Source of the DNA: an uncultured Thermoleophilia bacterium
GTDB taxonomy: Bacteria > Actinomycetota > Thermoleophilia > Gaiellales > Gaiellaceae
Length of the DNA stretch: 64,000 nt
NCBI GenBank assembly: GCA_963774605.1
Contig: CAVZFN010000002.1
Location: 300,398-364,397 of the forward strand
Reading direction: 5' to 3'
Shown piece by piece: positions 32,475 through 42,049 of the stretch. Each line of letters opens with the position of its first letter. Position 1 is the first letter of the stretch. Both the position numbers and the translations under genes were made by a program. The notes beneath the pieces are model-generated. The model searched no databases, was not told the origin of the DNA, and saw only the letters and a program-made list of their open reading frames with translations.

Positions 32475-32794
32475 CGGGGCAGTGTAGGTCGGTTGACAGG
32501 CTAGACCGAGGTTCCGTGGTGTGCCATAAACTCGGCGTCTTGCGGTTCTAACGAGGAGGGGTAGGTCAGCCGTGCCGCTCGCCAGTGTGCGCCGAGGAAC
32601 GCTGAGCATCCTGACTGTGCCTCACGTCTGCATCGAGCACGAGAATGTCGTACCGCTGTACTTCGCGTTCACAGACCAAGTGGCCGGCGATGTCAGAGTC
32701 GACCGAGTGGCCCGAGCGTGTCCCCTAATCCCCGGCGTGGCACGACAACTCGACGAACGCAGTCGGGCAAGTCGCTCGGCGGGGCCTAGCGCCT

Positions 32795-33860
32795 TTGGGG
32801 ATCCAAGCAGCGCGCGAACGGGGCACGGCGTTCTTCGATGAGCTGCGAGACACGTGGCAGCGAGCGGCCGATGCTGCAGGAAGCATCGAGGTGCGCCGCT
32901 ATCGCGTCGCAGGAACGGCGCTCGAGCTGCGCTTCGCCGGCTCCGCCTTGGTGGATCCTTTGACGCGCGCGCTCGCACACCTCGCACCTCCGAGTCAAGG
33001 GGACGACTCGCTCGTCGTCTGGAGCTGGGAAAGCACGACCACCGGCACCGACATGCCACCCACACCCTGGAACGCCGACGACTACCGGGAGTACGGCACG
33101 ATCCGCGGGTTCTTCGACGAGCGCTTCCAGAGCGTCTTCCAATGGGGCTCCCACTCGCTCGTGGTCCTCGACGTCGAACGGAACGAGGCGGTCTACTGGG
33201 TCGAGACGGCCGCCCAGATCCCCTATTTCGAGATGGCCGCGCCGCTTCGGCTGGTGCTCCACGGCTGGCTGAGGACGAAGGGGATCGAGGTCGTTCACGC
33301 GGCGGCGGTCGGCTCCGACGACGGCTGCGTTCTCCTCGTCGGCAAGGCCGGCTCGGGCAAGTCGTGGACGGCTCTCGCGGCGGCGAGAAGCGACCTGCGG
33401 ATCCTGGCCGACGACTACTGCCTCGTTTCGCCCGGCACGCCGACCCGTGTCTCGAGCGTCTATAACGCCGCGAAGACCCACGCGCGACGCGCTCGACCGC
33501 CTGCCGTTCCTCGACCAGATGGTCAGCAATCCGAGCAGGCCCGACGACGACAAGGCCGTGTACTTCCTGCAGGAGCACATGCCCGATCGCTTGCTGCTGG
33601 AGGCCGACCTGCGGGCGATCGTCATTCCCCGCCGGACGACCGCACAGACCGCCGTCCTCAGCCCCGCGCCGCGCGGAGCTGCGCTCGCGGCCCTCGCACC
33701 GAGCACCATCCTCCAGCTCCCTGCCGCCGGCGCGGAGACACTCGAACGGCTGACGGAGCTCGTCCGAAACGTGCCGACCTACTTCCTCGACGTGGGCACC
33801 GAGCTCAGCGCGATCGGGCCTGCGATCAAGCCGCTTCTCGACGCGCCGCCGATCGGCTGA
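32795..33860 (+). CDS. HprK-related serine kinase (HPr kinase C-terminal-domain-like P-loop protein), apparent frameshift near 33480
   Basis: TTG at 32795. ..GIEVVHAAAVGSDDGCVLLVGKAGSGKSWTALAAARSDLRILADDYCLV contains G-x-SG-x-GKS plus the ADD motif, as in HPr kinase and lasso-peptide kinases. The C-terminus continues in ORF 33447..33860: ..RDALDRLPFLDQMVSNP..LRAIVIPRR..PTYFLDVG..*. Confidence 0.75.
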
Positions 33861-33862
33861 CG

Positions 33863-34639
33863 ATGAGCAAGCCGACCAACTCGAAGGCGATCGTGACGCT
33901 CGCAATCGGATCCGCGTTCGCGAAGCGCTGGCATTCGATCTGCGAGCCACACTGGCGCCGCTACTGCCAGCGGCACGGCTACGACCTGATCTGCTTCGAG
34001 GAACCGCTCGACACCTCCGAGCGCGCACGTCGCCGCTCGCCGGCCTGGCAGAAGTGCCTGATCCTGGGGCAGCCGCTCGTCCAGCAATACGAGCAGGTCG
34101 TCTGGCTCGACTCCGACATCCTCCCCAACCCGGAGGCGCCGTCGGTCGCAGACTTCGTCCCGGTCGAATGCGTCGGCGCCGTGGACGAGTACTCGATGCC
34201 CACGCGCGAGATCCACAGCCGCGTCCTCGCCAAGCTGTACCGGCGCTGGGACGCGGACGGAATCGACTACGTCCACAACCTGACCGTCCCGGAGTACTAC
34301 CTCAAGTTCGACCTGCCCCCGACGTTCGACGCGGTCGTGCAGACCGGCATGCTGGTGCTCTCACCGTCGCACCACCGCGAGCTCCTCGAGGACGTGTACG
34401 CGCGGTACGAAGACAGAGGCCCCGGATTCAACTACGAGATGCGCCCGCTCTCGTACGAACTGCTCCGGGCCGGCGTGGTGAGCTGGCTCGACCCCCGCTT
34501 CAACTACATCTGGGGCCACTACAAGGCGCTGCACTTTCCGTTCCTCATCACCCATCCTCGCCACCCGCGCGCCATCGAGTGCGCGGCCCGTGCCCTCTCC
34601 GAAGTCCACTTCCTGCACTTCACCGGCAGCCTCGACGAG
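33863..34639 (+). CDS. GT-A-fold DxD glycosyltransferase domain (GT8/GT34-like); no stop codon before the next GT domain
   Basis: ATG at 33863, 2 nt after the kinase stop. MSKPTNSKAIVTLAIGSAFAKRWHSICEPHWRRYCQRHGYDLICF..SPAWQKCLILGQ..VVWLDSDILPNP (DxD).. This is the same frame as the giant track ORF 32795..36985. Confidence 0.65.
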
Positions 34640-35621
34640 ATGGCCCCTACCGCCGCAGCGCCCCTCCCTTCGCCCGAGCGCCGCCTCCCCGCGGCGCCGA
34701 CGCAGTTCGGGCTTCGCACGCCCGTCGCGCTGTTCGTCCACTCGCGACCCGAGCTGACCCGCCGGCTCGTCGAGATCGTCCGCGCTGCCCGCCCGAGCAA
34801 GGTCCTCGTGGTCGCCGACGGTCCAAACGGCCCCGAAGAGGCTGCGCTGTGCAAACAGACCCGCGAGGTTGTGGCGGCTGCCGGGTTCGAGTGCGAGGTG
34901 GTGATGAACTACTCCGACCGGCGTCTCGGCCTGAAACGCCGCGTCGAGTCCGGGCTCGACTGGGTCTTCGGCCTCGTCGATGAGGCGATCGTGCTCGAGG
35001 ACGACTGCCACCCCCACCCCACCTTCTTCGGGTTCTGTGAGGAACTGCTCACCCGCTACCGCAACGATCCACGCGTGACGACGATCTCGGGAAGCAACTT
35101 CGGACAGGGCGCGGACATCGCCGACGCGAGCTACTTCTTCTCGCGCTATCCGCTGATCTGGGGCTGGGCGACGTGGGCGCGCGCCTGGCAGCACTACTCG
35201 CCCGACCTGGCCGCCTGGCCGGAGTTCGACGAGCGCGGCTGGCTCATCGAGTTGTTCGACGACCCGCAAGCGGTGCAGTACTGGACGTACATCTTCAGCC
35301 GGCGCCGCGAGCTGGAGGACACCTGGGATGCGGGCTGGGTCTTCGGCTCATGGCTCGCAGGGGGCCTCACCGCCGTCCCGTGCCGGAACCTGGTGACGAA
35401 TCGGGGGTTCGGTGAGCATTCGACGAACACGAAGACCGAGTACCGCGGGCTCTTCTCCGATGTCCCTGCCGTCGCAGATCGAGGCACCACTCCGTCATCC
35501 GCTCCGGGTGGAGCGGAACATCGAGGCGGACGAGTTCCTCGAGGACGTCATGTTCAGCGGGAACCTCGGACGGTTGCTTCAGAGGATCAGGACGTTCCGT
35601 CCGGAGCCGGCGTCGCGGTGA
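34640..35621 (+). CDS. Second GT-A-fold glycosyltransferase domain (HlpA-like/GT2-related), frameshift near 35460; either fused to the preceding domain or a separate gene starting at ATG 34640
   Basis: ..PVALFVHSRPELTRRLVEIVRAARPSKVLVVADGPNGPEE..EAIVLEDDCHPHPTFF..ISGSNF..YPLIWGWATWARAW... The tail LPSQIEAPLRHPLRVERNIEADEFLEDVMFSG..* lies in ORF 35412..35621. Confidence 0.62.
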
Positions 35622-36985
35622 CGGTTCGCGTCACGCATGTGATCCAGGCTTTCTCGCGTGGCGGGGCGGGCCGCGCCCTGCTCTCGCTTGCCGACAGCAC
35701 CAGCACCATCGTCTCGCTCACCCGGGCGGACCCGCTGATGCGAGCCCGCGCCGAGGCAGCCGGAGCCACCGTCCTCGAAGGTGCCGCTCACCTGTCGGCG
35801 CTCGACGCCGCCGACGTCGTGCTCGTCCACTTCTGGAACACACCCGAGCTGTACGAGTTCCTGCGCGGCGGGTTGCCGCCGGTCCGTCTCGCCGTCTGGG
35901 TGCACGTCGCGGGAAGCTCGCCGCCTCAGGTGGTCACGCGCGAACTCGTCGAGCTCGGCGATGCGTTCGCGGTGACCGCTCCGGGCACCGCCAAGCTTCC
36001 CGTCTTCGCCGATCCTCCGCCGGTGATCCGCGCCGCGCCTGACCCGGCGCGGCTCGCAGGTGCGAGAGGACGCCCGCACACGGGCTTCAACGTGGGGTAC
36101 GTCGGCACACTCGACTTCGCGAAGCTGCACCCACGCTTCGCCGAGCTCTGCGCCGCGGTGGACGTCGCCGACGCCCGGTTCATCGTCTGCGGGGTCGGGG
36201 AAGCTGCGGCGACGATCGCAGCGCAGGACGACGGCCGGTTCGAGCTCCGCGGCTACGTCGAGGACATCGGGCCGGTCCTCGCCGAGCTCGACGTGTTCGG
36301 CTATCCCCTCGCACCGGGCAACTACGCCACCTCGGATCTCGCACTGCAGGAAGCGATGGCTGCCGGGGTTCCGCCCGTCGTCCTGGATCAGGGCGAGCCC
36401 CGCAGGCTCGTCGAACACGGAGTAACCGGGCTGGTCGCGCGCGACGAAGCCGACTATCCGCGGGCGATCGAGTACCTCTGCGCCAATCCGGCCGAGCGCC
36501 TCCGGCTCGGAGAGAACGCGCGAGCGCGCGCGCAACTCCGGCAGCCGGCCGACGTGGCGGAGGAGTGGACGTCGCTCTTCGCCGAGTTGCTCGAGCAGCC
36601 GAAGGTGTCGCGCGACGCCCGCCCGCTCTCGGGAGCGCAGGCGTTCGTCGCGTCGCTCGGCGACACCGCGCCGGAGTTCGCAGCAGGCCTCACCGCCGTA
36701 ACCGAGGAAGAGGCGCTCGAAGCTGAAGCTCGGATCGCCGGCGCACCGCCTGCGCTGGTGAGCGCGTCCGGCGGGGGGATCCTCCACTACCGCCGTCATT
36801 ACCCGAACGACGCGCACCTACGGCTCTGGTCCGCGCTGGTCCTGGAGGCCGCGGGGAAGCACGTCTTCGCCGCGGGCGAGCTCGCGGCCGCGCGACAGCT
36901 GGGTTGCGACGCCCCGCGGGTGAGTCGCTATCTGGCGCGCGCGGAGAAGGCGCTCCGCGTGAGGGAAACGGCTCGCGCAGGATGA
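35618..36985 (+). CDS. GT-B-fold (family 4-like) glycosyltransferase with a ~110-aa C-terminal extension
   Basis: GTG at 35618 forms a GTGA overlap with the upstream stop. VTVRVTHVIQAFSRGGAGRAL.. then ..YPLAPGNYATSDLALQEAMAAGVPPVVLDQGEPRRLVEHGVTGLVA (E-x7-E-like GT4 region). Confidence 0.78.
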   Translation: MTVRVTHVIQAFSRGGAGRALLSLADSTSTIVSLTRADPLMRARAEAAGATVLEGAAHLSALDAADVVLVHFWNTPELYEFLRGGLPPVRLAVWVHVAGSSPPQVVTRELVELGDAFAVTAPGTAKLPVFADPPPVIRAAPDPARLAGARGRPHTGFNVGYVGTLDFAKLHPRFAELCAAVDVADARFIVCGVGEAAATIAAQDDGRFELRGYVEDIGPVLAELDVFGYPLAPGNYATSDLALQEAMAAGVPPVVLDQGEPRRLVEHGVTGLVARDEADYPRAIEYLCANPAERLRLGENARARAQLRQPADVAEEWTSLFAELLEQPKVSRDARPLSGAQAFVASLGDTAPEFAAGLTAVTEEEALEAEARIAGAPPALVSASGGGILHYRRHYPNDAHLRLWSALVLEAAGKHVFAAGELAAARQLGCDAPRVSRYLARAEKALRVRETARAG

Positions 36986-38055
36986 CCGAGTTGCTCGCGA
37001 GCTCGTACGTCAAGCGCCGCGGCGGCCTCGGCGACCTTCCCAATCGCCTGCGCGCCGAGGACTGCACGATCGCGTACATGGGCGCGAGCGTGACGGCGCA
37101 GAGGGACGGCTTTCGGCCACGCCTCCACGAGCTGGTGTGTCGGGACACCCGGCGCAATCACCGCGCCGTAGCGGCAGCGCTGGGTGCGACGGGCGCGATC
37201 ACCGGCGTGTGCCTGATGGACGACCTCGTCCTGTCGCATCACCCCGACCTCGCGTTCGTCGAGTACGCAACCTCCGACGTGGCGGGGACGACGCCGCTTC
37301 GCGAGCTCGCGCCCGTGCTCGAGGGGATCGTCGGGAAGCTGCGCGACGCGGGTTGCGAGCCGTGCTTCCTCTACCTGCACCGCAGTGACGTCGACCTCGG
37401 CGCGAGCGAGGTCGTATCCGTCTACGAGGACGTCGCCGAATATCACGCGGTTGCGTCGATCAACGTCGCCGACTGGATGCGAGCGGAGATCGAGCAGGGC
37501 CACCTGAGCGGCCCGACGATCCTCCGTGACGTCGTCCACACCACGCCCACCGGGTCGACGTTGACTGCCGAGACGATCCTGAAGGCGCTCGCGCAGATTC
37601 CGGCGGCGCCGCGTACTGCGGCCGTGCAACTCCGCGACGACACATATCGCCGTGCACGGATCGAGCCGGCGGAGCCCGCACTCGCCGGTGGAGGTCCTTA
37701 CGCGGGGGGCCGGTTCCGTCTCGTCACTCCGTACCTCGAGATCGACCGTCAGGGCGAGCTTCGGTTCACGCCCGAAGGTGACCTGGTCGGTCTTCTCGTC
37801 GTGCTCGGGCCGCACTCCGGCTACATCGAAGTCAATTCGACAGGCGAGTCCGTCGAGTACCTGCTCTGGGACGACGAGTGCTCATACGAGCGACTCGGGT
37901 CGGTTGTGCTCGAGCGGTTCGTGCCCGCCGGATCCGAGGTGACGATCCGCGTGATCGACCGTCTGGTCGACCACAGCGCGGCGAAACGCCCGATCGACGC
38001 GAGCGAAGCGGCGCGGCCTCGGCTCAAGCTCGCCGGGCTGATGGTGCGGTCGTGA
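36982..38055 (+). CDS. SGNH/GDSL-like hydrolase-family protein (possible polysaccharide esterase or acetyltransferase)
   Basis: ATGA overlap at 36982. MTELLASSY..CTIAYMGASVTAQRDGF (block I Ser).. ..RDVVHTTPTG (DxxH block V). 357 aa, frame intact. Confidence 0.6.
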   Translation: MTELLASSYVKRRGGLGDLPNRLRAEDCTIAYMGASVTAQRDGFRPRLHELVCRDTRRNHRAVAAALGATGAITGVCLMDDLVLSHHPDLAFVEYATSDVAGTTPLRELAPVLEGIVGKLRDAGCEPCFLYLHRSDVDLGASEVVSVYEDVAEYHAVASINVADWMRAEIEQGHLSGPTILRDVVHTTPTGSTLTAETILKALAQIPAAPRTAAVQLRDDTYRRARIEPAEPALAGGGPYAGGRFRLVTPYLEIDRQGELRFTPEGDLVGLLVVLGPHSGYIEVNSTGESVEYLLWDDECSYERLGSVVLERFVPAGSEVTIRVIDRLVDHSAAKRPIDASEAARPRLKLAGLMVRS

Positions 38056-38739
38056 GCGGCCCCTTGGTCAGCGTCGTCGTCCCGACCCTGAACGCCGCGC
38101 GCTACCTCGAGGCCGCGCTCGACAGCGTGGAGGCCCAGAGTCACGAGCACCTGGAGGTGGTGCTCGTGGACGGGGGCTCGACCGACGGCACCCTCGAGAT
38201 CGCGAGCCGCTACGAGCGCGTGCGCACGATCCGCCAGACCGGTACGGGCCTCCCCGATGCCTGGAACTGCGGGATCGCGGCCGCGTCCGGCGAGTTGATC
38301 GCCTTCCTCGACGGCGACGACCTGTGGTCGCCGGAGAAACTCGAGCGGCAGGTTCACATCCTCGAAACCGATGCCAGCCGTCGAATGCGTGATCACAAGG
38401 ATGCGATTCGTGCTCGAGCCGGGCTTCCCCATCCCTCCGGGCTTCAGAGCCCGGTTGCTCGACTCGGACCAGCTCGCGCAGATGCCGAGCTCGGTGCTCG
38501 CGCGCCGCACCGTCTTCGACCGAATCGGGACCTTCGACACGCGCTGGCCGATCGCAAGCGACATCGACTGGTTCGCCCGGGTGAAGGACTCTGGGCTCCG
38601 CGTCGCGGTCGTGCCTGACGTGCTGGTCGAGAAACGTGTCCACGATGCGAATCTCTCGACGCTCGCCGGCGCGCAGCTCAACGGCGAGCTCGTGGAGCTC
38701 CTACGCGAGTCGGTCGTGCGCCGGCGGCAAGCACCATGA
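38052..38739 (+). CDS. Short family 2 glycosyltransferase, paralogue of 41402..42049, apparent frameshift near 38370
   Basis: GTGA overlap at 38052. VSVVVPTLNAARYLEAALDSVEAQSHEHLEVVLVDGGSTDGT..AFLDGDDLWSPEKLERQVHIL. It then continues in ORF 38371..38739: ..SSVLARRTVFDRIGTFD..VLVEKRVHDANLS... It aligns by eye with the 41402 protein. Confidence 0.78.
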
Positions 38740-39651
38740 GCGCAACGCCCGCCACCGCGGGCGAGCCGCTGCGGATCGAGCGGGCGCAATTTCTCGAGGA
38801 GCTCAAGAACGCTCTCGAGAACGGCCGCGGCTACGCCGCCGGGAAGATCGGCAACACGGAGCGTGCCGTCCTGCTGTATCCGTTCGTCCGCGAGCGGTTT
38901 CAGGCTCCGCTGCAGATCCGGGCTTACGAGCTCACGCTCGCCAATCACGTCTTGCGCCACAGCGGCGTCTTCCCGACTGACGATGAGTTCCTCGGGCGCT
39001 TCAGCCGAGACTATGCGCAGGCGGTGACCCATCTCGACTGCGTCGGGCTGTGGCCGGACCGGCTCGCGGAGGACATCGAACTGGTCGCTCGCCACGGCTT
39101 TCGTGGTCACGCGATCCCGTTCACCGACCAGGAGCCCGACCGTTCGTTCCCGTCGGACGACAGCCGCTGCTACCTGCCGTTCCTCCGTGGGCGTCACGTG
39201 CTGATCGTGTGCCCCTTCGCCGGTCTTCTGCGCGAACGGGCGACGCGGGAGACGTTCGAGGCCGTCTGGAGCAAGACCGGGAAGCCCTGGTTCGAGCCGG
39301 CGAGCGTGCAGGCGCTCGAGCTCCCGTACGGCTACTCCCCGTCCACCTGGGATCGCTATCCGACCGCGCTCGACCTCTTCGCCGAGGTCCGAGGACAGAT
39401 GGACGCGCTGGACTACGACGCCGCCCTGATCGGGGCAGGGCTCCTCGGGCAGCATGCTCGCGGTGGCGGCCAAGGAACGTGGCAGAGTCGCGATCTCGCT
39501 CGGCGGGCACCTGCAGATCCTCTTCGGGGTGAACGGCCCGCGCTGGCGCGACCGGGTCAACTGGCGCCGGAAGTACTTCAACGAGGCGTGGATCGAACTA
39601 CCGGAGAGCTCCAAACCGGGAGCCGGCGAGAGCGACGAGAACTACTGGTAG
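38736..39651 (+). CDS. Hypothetical protein, possibly a GT-D/DUF1792-like transferase; apparent frameshift near 39450
   Basis: ATGA overlap at 38736. ..GYAAGKIGNTERAVLLYPF.. ..VLIVCPFAGLL.. ..YDAALIGAGLLG. It then continues in ORF 39454..39651: MLAVAAKERGRVAISLGGHLQILFGV..NYW*. The family assignment is weak. Confidence 0.5.
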
Positions 39652-40860
39652 CCGGTCGCGCACGACTCGCAGAGCACCGGCCGGCCCGAGTGCAGGCTGA
39701 CCACGAGCCGACCGCACTCGGTCGCACGCAACGACCCGGTTCGGCGCGATCCGCTTCGCGCTCTGCGCGAGCGCCACCTGCGCGGTCTTGCGGGCGAGGC
39801 GCACTGCGAGCTGTCCTCGCGTTCGCACCCCGAAGTGCTCCTGCAGAAACTCGGTCGGGCGAACCGAGCGGTCGATGCGCGACCGTCGGACGTAGTCGTC
39901 GAGGATCACCGGCAGCCAGTTCCCGCCGCCCATCGGCTGCAGCGCGGCTCTGGAGGCCCATCGCTCGAGCAGGCCCTTCGGTGCGGCCGCCAGCCGCTCG
40001 AGGACACCGTCCGGCAGCGGAAACTCGACTGCGCCGACGAGGCATTCGAGCGCAGCCGCGAGCGTGGCTGTCACGCCCCGGCGCGTCGCCTCGGCGACGA
40101 GGCGATCCCAGTCGAGATCGGTCCCTGCCGACCGCTCGATGACAACCGCGTCGGCCAGCCAACGCACGGGTGGCACGGGGTTCCAGCGCGCGCCGTGCAC
40201 CGCGACGTGGAGCAGCTGGTCGGCGGGGCAAAGGACGCGCGTCGGCACGTTCAAGAGCTCGATCTCGACGGCGGCCGACCAGAACTCGTCATCGGACGCA
40301 GCCTGGGCGAGCGCGTAGCGGTGCAAGTCGAGAGAGACGCCGCCCTCGCGGTGCTGGAGATGCTCCGCGTGCACCGCCCTGAGCCCACCGGTCGGGATGT
40401 AATCGCGCCCGGCAGCCCAACCCGCACCCCTCAGCACCGTGATCGCACGCTCGAAGTCGCGCCGGGGCACCAGCACGTCGATGTCCTCCATCGGCCGCAC
40501 ACCGTCGTCGCGGTAGTGCGCGATGCTGAGGGCAATTCCCTTGAGCACCAACGTCGGGACTCCCGCGTCGCCGAGCGCACCGAGCGCCTCGGCGGCCCGC
40601 TTGAAGAGCAGCTGGTTGTGGACCCACGCACCTCGGTAAGCGCCCTTGAGCTTGGCGAGATCCAACTCGTCCAACCCCGCCGAACGCAGGTTGCTGTAGA
40701 CGAGTGGGAACAGGCGGAGCGATGCCGAGTCCGCGGTCTCCAGAGCATTGCCGGCCCGCCAACGCTCCCAGGCTGTGCGCGCGGTATCCGCGTCGAGCAG
40801 CGCCGCGCGCAGCAGCAGAATCTGGTCCTCGGTGGGCCAGCAGCCGCCAGGCACCAACAT
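39598..40860 (-). CDS. NTP_transf_5-type (PF14907-like) nucleotidyltransferase-family protein
   Basis: ATG at 40860 (MLVPGGCWPTEDQILLLRAALLD..). Hallmark segment VPTLVLKGIALSIAHYRDDGVRPMEDIDVLVPRRDFERAITVLRGAGW. The 5' 560 nt of the longer track ORF is antisense to the PqqD gene and is discarded. Confidence 0.78.
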   Translation of the reverse strand: MLVPGGCWPTEDQILLLRAALLDADTARTAWERWRAGNALETADSASLRLFPLVYSNLRSAGLDELDLAKLKGAYRGAWVHNQLLFKRAAEALGALGDAGVPTLVLKGIALSIAHYRDDGVRPMEDIDVLVPRRDFERAITVLRGAGWAAGRDYIPTGGLRAVHAEHLQHREGGVSLDLHRYALAQAASDDEFWSAAVEIELLNVPTRVLCPADQLLHVAVHGARWNPVPPVRWLADAVVIERSAGTDLDWDRLVAEATRRGVTATLAAALECLVGAVEFPLPDGVLERLAAAPKGLLERWASRAALQPMGGGNWLPVILDDYVRRSRIDRSVRPTEFLQEHFGVRTRGQLAVRLARKTAQVALAQSAKRIAPNRVVACDRVRSARGQPALGPAGALRVVRDRLPVVLVALAGSRFGALR

Positions 40861-40938
40861 GCGGGCGACCCTACCGTCGCGAGCCACAACGTTGCGGTAT
40901 AAGTTTTCGGCCCGCCCCAGGTCGAGGAGGAGCGCATT

Positions 40939-41394
40939 TTGACGGACGCCCGGTTCAAGGTGAACAGCCCACCGGTGATTCATCAGACACTCGACGGCGA
41001 GGTGATCGTCGTCAATCTCGACACAGGGACCTACTACAGCTTCGACGGGGTGGCCGCCGAGATCTGGGCCGCAGCCGAGCGAGGTCTGACGGTCGCGGAG
41101 GTGGTGTCGGAGGCCGCCGAGCTGCACGGCGCATCCAGCACTGCCGCATCGCCCGCCGTCACCCGCTTCCTCGCAGAACTCGCGCGTGAAGAGCTGATCG
41201 TCAGCGTCAACGGCTCCGAGCCGTTCACCGCCCCTGACACCGTCGACGGCGCGTCCCACGAGAGCTTCCCCGAGCCGCTGCTCAACAAGTACACGGACAT
41301 GCAGGAGCTGCTGCTGCTCGATCCGATTCACGACGTCGACGAGCGCGGCTGGCCCAACGCCGCCGCGGCCGGCCAAGACACGACCGGCTCCTAA
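40939..41394 (+). CDS. PqqD-family (RiPP recognition element-like) protein with a ~60-aa acidic C-terminal extension
   Basis: TTG at 40939, with GAGGAGGAG 10-18 nt upstream. ..VIHQTLDGEVIVVNLDTGTYYSFDGVAAEIWAAAERGLTVAEVVSEAAELHG..VTRFLAELAREELI is the PqqD fold pattern. The extension is ..FPEPLLNKYTDMQELLLLDPIHDVDERGWP... Confidence 0.78.
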   Translation: MTDARFKVNSPPVIHQTLDGEVIVVNLDTGTYYSFDGVAAEIWAAAERGLTVAEVVSEAAELHGASSTAASPAVTRFLAELAREELIVSVNGSEPFTAPDTVDGASHESFPEPLLNKYTDMQELLLLDPIHDVDERGWPNAAAAGQDTTGS

Positions 41395-41401
41395 CCTCGG
41401 C

Positions 41402-42049
41402 ATGGACGTCAGCGTCGTCATTCCGGTCCGGAACGGCGAGCATTTCCTGGCGGAGGCGATCGAGAGCGTGCTCGGGCAATCGAGCCCGCCCCTCGAGGTG
41501 ATCGTGGTGGACGACGGCTCGTCCGACTCGACGTCCGAGGTCGCGCAGGCATTCGGTGCGCGCGTGCGTTATGTCTCGCAGCCGCCGCTCGGCGTAGCAG
41601 CCGCCCTCAACTGCGGGATCGGCCTCGCGCGCGGAGAACTGCTCGCGTTCCTCGACGCGGACGACGTCTGGCGGCACGACAAGCTCGAGCTGCAGCTCGC
41701 GGCGTTTCGCGCCGACCCCGGGCTGGACGCCGTGTTCGGCCACCTCACGAACGTCGGCGAAGCAGGGGATTCTCGCGAGACCTTCGCGGGCTGGAGCAGT
41801 GGCACGATGCTGATCCGCGCGGAAGCGTTTGCGCGCGTCGGGCCATTCAGGAATTGGCGTCTCGGCGAGTTCATCGAGTGGTACGCACGCCTCGTCGACC
41901 TCGGCCTCCTGCTCCTCATGCTGCCGGAGGTCGTGCTCCTTCGACGCGTGCACGACGCGAACATGGGCGTCCAGCGCCGTCACGAGCGGAGCGAGTACGC
42001 CCGGGTCCTCAAGGCCGTCCTCGACCGGCGCCGAGCGGAACACCTGTGA
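41402..42049 (+). CDS. Short family 2 glycosyltransferase (intact)
   Basis: Track ORF of 215 aa: MDVSVVIPVRNGEHFLAEAIESVLGQSSPPLEVIVVDDGSSDST..LAFLDADDVWRHDKLE.. Confidence 0.85.
   Translation: MDVSVVIPVRNGEHFLAEAIESVLGQSSPPLEVIVVDDGSSDSTSEVAQAFGARVRYVSQPPLGVAAALNCGIGLARGELLAFLDADDVWRHDKLELQLAAFRADPGLDAVFGHLTNVGEAGDSRETFAGWSSGTMLIRAEAFARVGPFRNWRLGEFIEWYARLVDLGLLLLMLPEVVLLRRVHDANMGVQRRHERSEYARVLKAVLDRRRAEHL

Noticed and set aside
32572-32841. 89-aa ORF upstream of the kinase as the missing precursor peptide
   Set aside because: It has a GAGGAGG box, but that box is ~12 nt from the GTG. Third-position G+C is mediocre. Its second half is Arg/Ser-rich and overlaps the kinase start. It has no Gly-Gly or Thr-x leader features and I cannot assess conservation. 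It is kept only as a candidate to test.
32795-36985. 1396-aa ORF, the longest in the track, as a single giant multidomain protein
   Set aside because: Two long internal stretches are Arg/Pro-rich out-of-frame sequence, for example HARRARPPAVPRPDGQQSEQARRRQGR... The proper continuations lie in other frames (33447..33860 and 35412..35621). Clear start codons with 4-nt overlaps mark separate genes. The ORF is therefore a concatenation artefact of frameshifts.
39598-41421. Full 607-aa version of the nucleotidyltransferase ORF
   Set aside because: The first ~187 codons are antisense to the well-supported PqqD gene and carry no motifs. The family-typical sequence begins at the ATG at 40860.
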